Notes under the pieces: model-generated
What the model was told of the DNA's origin: nothing
Database searches by the model: none
The model's input: only the letters and a program-made list of their open reading frames with translations
Part shown: piece by piece, positions 12,357 through 16,873 of the stretch
How positions within the stretch are numbered: the stretch's first letter is position 1
How the letters are laid out: each line of letters begins with the position of its first letter
Position numbers and translations under genes: made by a program
Origin: a virus
Direction: 5' to 3' (one strand)
DNA length: 16,873 nucleotides
Virus record (IMG/VR): IMGVR_UViG_3300045988_013970
Coordinates: 1-16,873 of that record

Positions 12357-13800
12357 TAACCATTGTCCCGTAATCATCCTGCACCTGTATGCCATGGCGG
12401 AATTGCTCATACGGGATAGGCTGTGAAAACATGTTGCCCGCCATACAAACGTCAACGTCACCGTCATCACGCCACCCCTGATACCGGTTCATCCCCAATA
12501 TCGTAAGCTTTTCGTATCGTGCGGCGATTTTCCACTTTCCAAGCTCGGTCGGATGTATCTCGCATGATCGCACGGGCTCCCAACCGGATAGGATGCACCC
12601 ATCCGTGTTCGCGTACAAGAGTCGGTCTGCGTTTGCATGACAAACGTCCATAAGTTTGCGACGCGCATAAGCGTTGACCCATACGGGCACGGGGAGAAAG
12701 TCGGTTTTCAAATTCGATTCCTCACGCTGCGCAATATCCCAGTCGAGGGTGATACCGTCTCGCGAGAGTGGAAGCATGACGGCACCTTTGGGTAGACTCG
12801 CCATTTTCCCCACAAGCGCGTTCATAATCAGTTTTGCCATCTGTCGTTTCTCACCCGTCGCCTTCTGTTTTAGTTCGCCCCATTCATCGATGAACGAACG
12901 AAAAAAGCCCTTACTTCGGCGGAACTTCCATCCCCTTACGTGCCGATATATGCTCACCTCATAATTCTCGTAGAGCAGTTCCTGGTCAATGTCAGTGAGT
13001 ACGCGCGTAATATAACCGCGAGTGGAGGTGAGTCGGTTCAAGCCGTAAATACTGCGGTTGTCGAGCAGAAAGGGGTATCCGTTTGACTTGAGTTCCGCGC
13101 GAAACGTGAGTTCGTCGCAGTGCAACGGCATGTCGTTATCTTGCTCGTATTTGCCTTCGTATGATTCGGGTTCGCCCCATGGGAGCCATTCGTTTCGCAG
13201 AATGCTCGGATACATGGAGTTGCAGTCAACGTCAATGGCCTTGTCATATGCCCCTTCTTTTGCGGTCATGAATCCGCCAACATAGGCGTCATGCAGTGAC
13301 TTTTTAGCTTCGGGTTCCAACTGTGGGAATTTATCGTAATACCATTTCCACTCACCTGCCACGAACGCTTCCATACTCGCACCGCCTGCCGTAATCTTAC
13401 ACAGGCCACGGGTATCGTATTCACGCAGAATATTGAGCAGTTGCGTGTCGGTCATAGTGAGTCGGCAGTTTTCGCGCAAAAGATTTGATATGTCGAAAAA
13501 TCGTGCGGAATTGTTACGGTCGATACGCACCGTGAAGCTGAAAAATTTTCCCTTTTTGGACACTATGGCATCCCAGCTCAGGTTAGCGTTATGCTCGTTA
13601 TGGGGGAGTGAATGCACGACATGAGCCATAAACGGGTCCAGCCATTCGGGGTCAGTCACATAGACGGCGAGCTTACCGCCCGACATGATGGACGCCAAAA
13701 GGCGATTAGGTACGGTAACGTCACGTAGCATAGTGCCGTCCGTAAAGCGTATGACATTATCCGCACACCATAATCCCACTCTACTGTTGCTCACCGTCAT
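12349..13800 (-). CDS. Protein-primed family B DNA polymerase (phi29 gp2-like), compact at 483 aa
   Basis: Exo I YVTDPEW, Exo II NLSWD, Exo III region TMTDTQLL. GLCKITAGG (phi29 GLDRMTAGS) and AYVGGF (AYRGGF). Motif A DVDCNSMYP. LPWGEPESYEGKY (LPYGEPIVFEGKY) and FIDEWGELK (FIDKWTYIK). Motif B KLIMNALVGK and motif C LLYANTDGC. RBS AAGGGAAG. Confidence 0.93.
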   Translation of the reverse strand: MTVSNSRVGLWCADNVIRFTDGTMLRDVTVPNRLLASIMSGGKLAVYVTDPEWLDPFMAHVVHSLPHNEHNANLSWDAIVSKKGKFFSFTVRIDRNNSARFFDISNLLRENCRLTMTDTQLLNILREYDTRGLCKITAGGASMEAFVAGEWKWYYDKFPQLEPEAKKSLHDAYVGGFMTAKEGAYDKAIDVDCNSMYPSILRNEWLPWGEPESYEGKYEQDNDMPLHCDELTFRAELKSNGYPFLLDNRSIYGLNRLTSTRGYITRVLTDIDQELLYENYEVSIYRHVRGWKFRRSKGFFRSFIDEWGELKQKATGEKRQMAKLIMNALVGKMASLPKGAVMLPLSRDGITLDWDIAQREESNLKTDFLPVPVWVNAYARRKLMDVCHANADRLLYANTDGCILSGWEPVRSCEIHPTELGKWKIAARYEKLTILGMNRYQGWRDDGDVDVCMAGNMFSQPIPYEQFRHGIQVQDDYGTMVML

Positions 13801-13827
13801 AATATAACTTCCCTTGACTGCTGACCG

Positions 13828-14790
13828 CTACTTTTCCAGTGCACCCGCTTCCGCCAACCACCGGTCAAACTGGCGGCGGGAACGCTGATAACCCTCACCG
13901 CCATCTCGGAACACTGAGGCGAAACCGTGTCGAACGGGGTCATATACCGTCCAATTAAAAACGATACGGGGGGCGTCTGTCTGTTCGATAAACGCACGTT
14001 TTTGCACGTTAGTCAACCTGCGGAATTGCTTGAGTCGCCTCGGGCCGAGCGTGGTAGCCAAGATTTTCTCGAAAATCTCGTACCTTCCGCGAGTCATATA
14101 GGACGGCCAATCATGATCGCCATACAAGCCTTTACCCTGTTTGTTCCGTTTTTTGGACGGCTTGCGTTTCCGTTCGGTGCGCAATCCCAATATTTCGGCC
14201 ACATCATGCATCTGTTCGCGCAGTTCGTTCCGGCGTCCGCTCTCCAATTGGCTGCGCACGAACGCTTCATCGCTCAACACATTGGTCATTTGCATGAAGT
14301 CGGTGAGCTTTGACGGGATGATCTGATTACGTCCGAAACCCTCTCCCGTACTGCCTTCAAGTTCTGCCACGCGCTGATCAAACACGCTTCGCTGGGGCAT
14401 GGCTTGCGCCTTGTTCCATTCGTTGATCTTCTGTCGTGCCGCGTTGATTTTCCGTTGCTGTTGCCTTAAGAGTTTGCGCCGTTTTGCCACCGGTTCCGCG
14501 TCGATTTGCGCATTGGTGATGGGCGTGCGCTGGGCAAACATGTAATCTTTTTTCGTCGGCTTTTCCACGGCAGTAGCGTGATAAGGGGTTGCCTTCGCTT
14601 CCGCGATGGCCTGTTTCTTCTGCCGCTCCCATTCCTTACCTAAGGTTTTGGCGATATTGACTAATTGCTGGTCTGCAGTTTTGGCGAGATTCGAGTGGGA
14701 GTAAGCGCCAAGCTGTTTGATGTTACGCGCGGCGCGGGCTTGCGCGGCCTGACGTGCCTTAATATGCTTCTGCTTACGGCTTCGGGACAT
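13828..14790 (-). CDS. Terminal protein (replication primer) candidate
   Basis: Immediately upstream of the polymerase gene, as in phi29 (gene 3 then gene 2). Very basic N-terminus MSRSRKQKHIKARQAAQARAARNIK, in the style of phi29 TP MARSPRIRIK.... ITRs imply a terminal protein. Start chosen at ATG 14790 (AAGGG 8 nt upstream) rather than the GTG at 14820, which lies inside a hairpin. No direct sequence match was recognised. Confidence 0.55.
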   Translation of the reverse strand: MSRSRKQKHIKARQAAQARAARNIKQLGAYSHSNLAKTADQQLVNIAKTLGKEWERQKKQAIAEAKATPYHATAVEKPTKKDYMFAQRTPITNAQIDAEPVAKRRKLLRQQQRKINAARQKINEWNKAQAMPQRSVFDQRVAELEGSTGEGFGRNQIIPSKLTDFMQMTNVLSDEAFVRSQLESGRRNELREQMHDVAEILGLRTERKRKPSKKRNKQGKGLYGDHDWPSYMTRGRYEIFEKILATTLGPRRLKQFRRLTNVQKRAFIEQTDAPRIVFNWTVYDPVRHGFASVFRDGGEGYQRSRRQFDRWLAEAGALEK

Positions 14791-14812
14791 AGTGCGCACC
14801 CTTTGAGATGGC

Positions 14813-14837
14813 GAGAGCACCCAAAGTGGGTGCTCTC
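14813..14837 (-). promoter_or_regulatory. Perfect 11-bp hairpin in the leader of the terminal protein gene
   Basis: GAGAGCACCCA / TGGGTGCTCTC with a 3-nt centre. No U tract follows on either strand. It sits between the candidate promoter at 14860..14868 and the RBS/ATG at 14790. Confidence 0.55.
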
Positions 14838-14859
14838 TATGAACGAACGCTACTCAGTT

Positions 14860-14868
14860 ATTATAGCA
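14860..14868 (-). promoter_or_regulatory. Candidate extended -10 promoter TGCTATAAT upstream of the TP and polymerase genes
   Basis: The minus strand reads AACTTGCTATAATAACTGAG, starting 4 nt after the SSB-like gene stop. Same 9-mer as at 12348..12356. Confidence 0.45.
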
Positions 14869-14871
14869 AGT

Positions 14872-15309
14872 TCACTTGGTTTCCTGATCGTCCACCGGCT
14901 CAATGCTGAAAAACTTGAAACCACGACGAGAACGGCGTTCCACTACCTTGATAGCCAATGGCGCTTCCCAAGTGTTCGGGGTTCCGAAGATGCCGAACAT
15001 GGTGTTCAGTCCCGCGGCGAGAGTGGGGGAGGTGGCGGCGTACGCCTTGTTATCATCGGTCACGATGATGACACGCACGGTGTTGGAGATTTCGCCCGTC
15101 TGATCGTCCGTGACTTGTACGGCCTGTGCGACTGCGTTCACCATGTTCAACGGTTCGTTGAGGTGTTCGTCGAGCTTTTCGGCGTTCTGCAATGCCGAGT
15201 AGAGCTTGATCTTGCCTTCGCGGGTGGAAGTGTCGATAAAATGCTGGACAGTACCGAGTTCGGTGGATTCGGTGCTGAATGCGACAAGTGCGGTGTTAGC
15301 GTTTTCCAT
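14872..15309 (-). CDS. Single-stranded DNA-binding protein candidate (lactococcal phage ORF34-type SSB-like)
   Basis: The pattern KLYSALQN...LNEPLNMVNAVAQAVQVTDDQTGEISNTVRVIIVTDDNKAYAATSPTLAAGLNTMFGIFGTP..W..PLAIKVV resembles the phage SSB family found in lactococcal and streptococcal phages, as I recall it. Its position before TP and polymerase matches phi29 gene 5. RBS AAGGGAAGG. Confidence 0.5.
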   Translation of the reverse strand: MENANTALVAFSTESTELGTVQHFIDTSTREGKIKLYSALQNAEKLDEHLNEPLNMVNAVAQAVQVTDDQTGEISNTVRVIIVTDDNKAYAATSPTLAAGLNTMFGIFGTPNTWEAPLAIKVVERRSRRGFKFFSIEPVDDQETK

Positions 15310-15368
15310 GATATTTACCTTCCCTTATGGTTATTGTTTTTTTGTTTTTAGGCTTATGCCTAAAATCT

Positions 15369-15377
15369 TTTATATCA
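15369..15377 (-). promoter_or_regulatory. Candidate extended -10 promoter TGATATAAA upstream of the SSB-like gene
   Basis: The minus strand reads GGCATGTGATATAAAAG, overlapping the stop codon of the upstream gene. It shares CATGTGATATAA with the element at 2425..2438. An AT-rich 8-bp hairpin follows (15346..15365). Confidence 0.4.
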
Positions 15378-15692
15378 CATGCCGTCATTATTTTCAATAT
15401 CGGCGTGTCGTTTGTGTGCGTGTTCTTCGGGATTCCATTCTTTCGGCTCTCCAAAAGTCGCATACTTGTAAAAAGTTTCCTCATTCATAGAGACTTTTTG
15501 CGAAAAAATACTGATAGATCGTGGGATGAAGTTAGGAAACAGTTTCTTCGCGCGAATCGAATACGCGCGCGCGTCCTTAAGTCGCCCGTCGATGACATGC
15601 TCGGCTTCCATAAAGTCGCCATCAACTAATTCCATGCCTTTCAGCACGGCATACACTCTCGTGCGGAAAATATCGGTTTTGACTCTAGCCAT
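15375..15692 (-). CDS. 105-aa early protein of unknown function (positional analogue of phi29 p6)
   Basis: First gene downstream of the consensus promoter. The GGGAGG RBS is 8 nt before ATG 15692. The ATG at 15698 is only 2 nt from the RBS, so 15692 is preferred. No family recognised. Confidence 0.6.
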   Translation of the reverse strand: MARVKTDIFRTRVYAVLKGMELVDGDFMEAEHVIDGRLKDARAYSIRAKKLFPNFIPRSISIFSQKVSMNEETFYKYATFGEPKEWNPEEHAHKRHADIENNDGM

Positions 15693-15706
15693 ATGCATTA
15701 CCTCCC

Positions 15707-16216
15707 TTATAGCAAGATTTTTTGCAATTCAATATCATTATAACGTGTCGTGTCCAGTCTGTCAAAATTTTTAAACACTGCAATGATAAGATTTTGAGCT
15801 TGTGGACTATCAAAGATCGTGCAGCAATCATATGACGTGCACCCTTTGACGGCGCAGACGGCGCACCATGCAATCAGATTAGGCGGGTTGATGGTACCGT
15901 CCAAATATTCCACATCATACGTTCTGGATAGGGCGGCGGAAAAACCGTCCGATATGGTCATGGTACCGCAGATCTGCGACACCGTTATCACCGCTTGCGT
16001 AAACCATGCGCTAACCCCGTCGCGCCACAGTTCGCACAGCATGTTCACCGCCCTGCAGCATGATTCATAATCGCCATAGCCCATGTCGTACCGTTTCAGA
16101 TTCAACTCACGTTTCCGACCCCTCGTAGCCTTGACAATACGAGGACTCTCCATGATGGCGTCATCAAACCGGCGCAGTCGATATATTGGCGTGCGGTCAT
16201 CCCCACGGTTAAACAT
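15707..16216 (-). CDS. 169-aa Cys-rich early protein, unknown function
   Basis: The ATG at 16216 overlaps the upstream stop by 8 nt, with GAAGG/GGTGG purine-rich RBS. The N-terminus is basic (RGRKRELNLKR). Cysteines are clustered (SCCRAVNMLC, WCAVCAVKGCTSYDCC). No family recognised. Confidence 0.6.
   Translation of the reverse strand: MFNRGDDRTPIYRLRRFDDAIMESPRIVKATRGRKRELNLKRYDMGYGDYESCCRAVNMLCELWRDGVSAWFTQAVITVSQICGTMTISDGFSAALSRTYDVEYLDGTINPPNLIAWCAVCAVKGCTSYDCCTIFDSPQAQNLIIAVFKNFDRLDTTRYNDIELQKILL
15737..15765 (-). promoter_or_regulatory. Perfect consensus sigma-70/sigma-A promoter TTGACA-17 nt-TATAAT
   Basis: On the minus strand TTGACA lies at 15765..15760, the spacer gactggacacgacacgt is 17 nt, and TATAAT lies at 15742..15737. 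It is embedded in the last 20 codons of the 169-aa gene, about 40 nt upstream of the next start codon. Confidence 0.7.
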
Positions 16217-16385
16217 AATACCTTCTTTCCACCTTAAAATATGCGATATTCCTAGTACGCGAGGGCACTGCCGCCCATTTGCGTATCAAGTCAGCCGCCT
16301 TGTCATATGAGGTTGCGAACCCTACTTCAATAGGGGGTTTATCGCCATGTCTCAGATACGCCAGTGCAACAAAAGTTTCATACAT
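16209..16385 (-). CDS. 58-aa early protein, unknown function
   Basis: Start chosen at internal ATG 16385 (MYETFVALAYL...), with GGAG 8 nt upstream and only 2 nt after the upstream stop (TAAccATG). The longer 78-aa version would overlap the upstream ORF by 58 nt. Confidence 0.5.
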   Translation of the reverse strand: MYETFVALAYLRHGDKPPIEVGFATSYDKAADLIRKWAAVPSRTRNIAYFKVERRYYV

Positions 16386-16387
16386 GG

Positions 16388-16591
16388 TTAAAACTCCAAC
16401 TCTTCCTCGCCGGACTTGGCACCAAATGACCACATATCTGCCCACACGCGAACGTTAGGACAACGCTTCGGGGGGGACAAAGGTCTACGTTTATCCTTCA
16501 CCCCCGCCCAAAACGCACGCAAGCGCCAGTAATAATCAGCATAGGCACAGTCCTTGCAGACCCACGAATGGAGCCAACCGCGAAAATACAT
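16388..16591 (-). CDS. 67-aa Trp-rich early protein, unknown function
   Basis: The ATG is 2 nt after the upstream stop (TAGtcATG), with AGGGA 7 nt upstream. It has 6 Trp in 67 aa, a CKDC motif and an acidic tail EEELEF. No family recognised. Confidence 0.5.
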   Translation of the reverse strand: MYFRGWLHSWVCKDCAYADYYWRLRAFWAGVKDKRRPLSPPKRCPNVRVWADMWSFGAKSGEEELEF

Positions 16592-16593
16592 GA

Positions 16594-16842
16594 CTAATCC
16601 CTATCCAATAGTGGGGTTCGGGCAATGCCGATAGCATCCAACATCAAATCAACCACTTGGGAGCCATTCCCAGCATCATACGCGCACAAGGCAGACCCAC
16701 CACACACACCACCGCACGGCGTACGGAACTGGATGGCATACCTCAGCTCGTACCGTTCACCGTGAGGACAAAACCACAATTCCACACGCCCCCCCACAAA
16801 CGGGGAGTCAAACATGGCGACTTTCATATCAGCCTTGACCAT
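16594..16842 (-). CDS. 82-aa early protein starting inside the right ITR, unknown function
   Basis: The ATG at 16842 is only 31 nt from the genome end, with GAAAGG 8 nt upstream. It begins a chain of closely abutting or overlapping ORFs. It has four Cys (CPHG...CGGVCGG...C). Promoter space is minimal, so expression and the true start are uncertain; M10 at 16815 is an alternative. Confidence 0.45.
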   Translation of the reverse strand: MVKADMKVAMFDSPFVGGRVELWFCPHGERYELRYAIQFRTPCGGVCGGSALCAYDAGNGSQVVDLMLDAIGIARTPLLDRD

Positions 16843-16873
16843 TCCAGAAACCTTTCACTACAAAAACCAATAC
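16755..16873. repeat. Right inverted terminal repeat (ITR), 119 bp
   Basis: Exact reverse complement of 1..119. It contains the start codon and first 29 codons of the rightmost ORF (16594..16842). Confidence 0.95.

Noticed and set aside
12132-12470. 112-aa minus-strand ORF spanning the polymerase-scaffold gap
   Set aside because: It overlaps the polymerase 3' end out of frame. It then runs straight through the intrinsic terminator stem, the late promoter and the scaffold RBS. It has no RBS and an Arg/Cys/Leu-rich composition typical of off-frame translation. The region is better explained as non-coding.
13650-13800. Apparent loss of the Exo I DxE motif in the polymerase (first reading: CADNV aligned to phi29 CDFET)
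   Set aside because: On re-alignment the better match is YVTDPEW (Exo I) followed by NLSWD (Exo II). The proofreading ligands therefore seem to be present, and the first 45 aa or so are an N-terminal extension. Only the Exo III Tyr remains questionable.
15346-15365. AT-rich hairpin TTTTAGGC-TTAT-GCCTAAAA as a terminator between the 105-aa gene and the SSB gene
   Set aside because: The stem has only 3 G:C pairs. On the coding strand it is followed by an A-rich, not U-rich, tract. At best it is a weak structure in the SSB leader.
1-16873. Search for integrase, repressor, tRNA, CRISPR repeats, toxin-antitoxin or known defence or anti-defence genes
   Set aside because: Nothing in the six-frame translations shows the relevant motifs. 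There are no tyrosine or serine recombinase signatures, no HTH repressor next to a divergent promoter, no cloverleaf-capable segments and no spaced direct repeats. The genome looks strictly lytic, and all long ORFs are accounted for.

Overview
The 16,873-bp window appears to be a complete linear genome of a small phi29-like, protein-primed podovirus. It has exact 119-bp inverted terminal repeats and about 20 tightly packed genes, all on the minus strand, so the biological orientation is the reverse complement. Only about 6 percent is non-coding. Reading right to left: four small early ORFans; a consensus promoter; a 105-aa protein; an SSB-like protein; a basic terminal-protein candidate; a family-B protein-primed DNA polymerase. 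Next comes a 227-bp non-coding gap with its own extended -10 element and a strong terminator, which I propose as a candidate packaging RNA. After a late promoter come an acidic scaffold protein, a gp8-like major capsid protein with an Ig-like C-terminus, a gp9-like tail knob, a gp10-like portal and a gp11-like lower collar. These are followed by a 175-aa coiled-coil protein, a 54-aa ORF that copies the tail-fibre N-terminus, and an SGNH-esterase tail fibre with internal tandem repeats. The remaining genes are a virion lysin (CHAP plus gp13-type lysozyme), a gp16-like packaging ATPase, a TcdE/phi-LC3-type holin and a CHAP-SH3b endolysin, closed by a bidirectional terminator. I see no integrase, repressor, tRNA, CRISPR array or recognisable defence system. 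The host is probably a Gram-positive bacterium of moderate GC content; this is inference from the lysis genes, strong AAGGAGG-type RBSs and sigma-A-like promoters. Homology calls rest on by-eye comparison with phi29 protein sequences recalled from memory, not on searches. The items most worth follow-up are the pRNA candidate, the ITR-encoded gene start, the orphan fibre N-terminal module with a 7-nt duplication at its junction, non-canonical polymerase motifs, and the early ORFan block.
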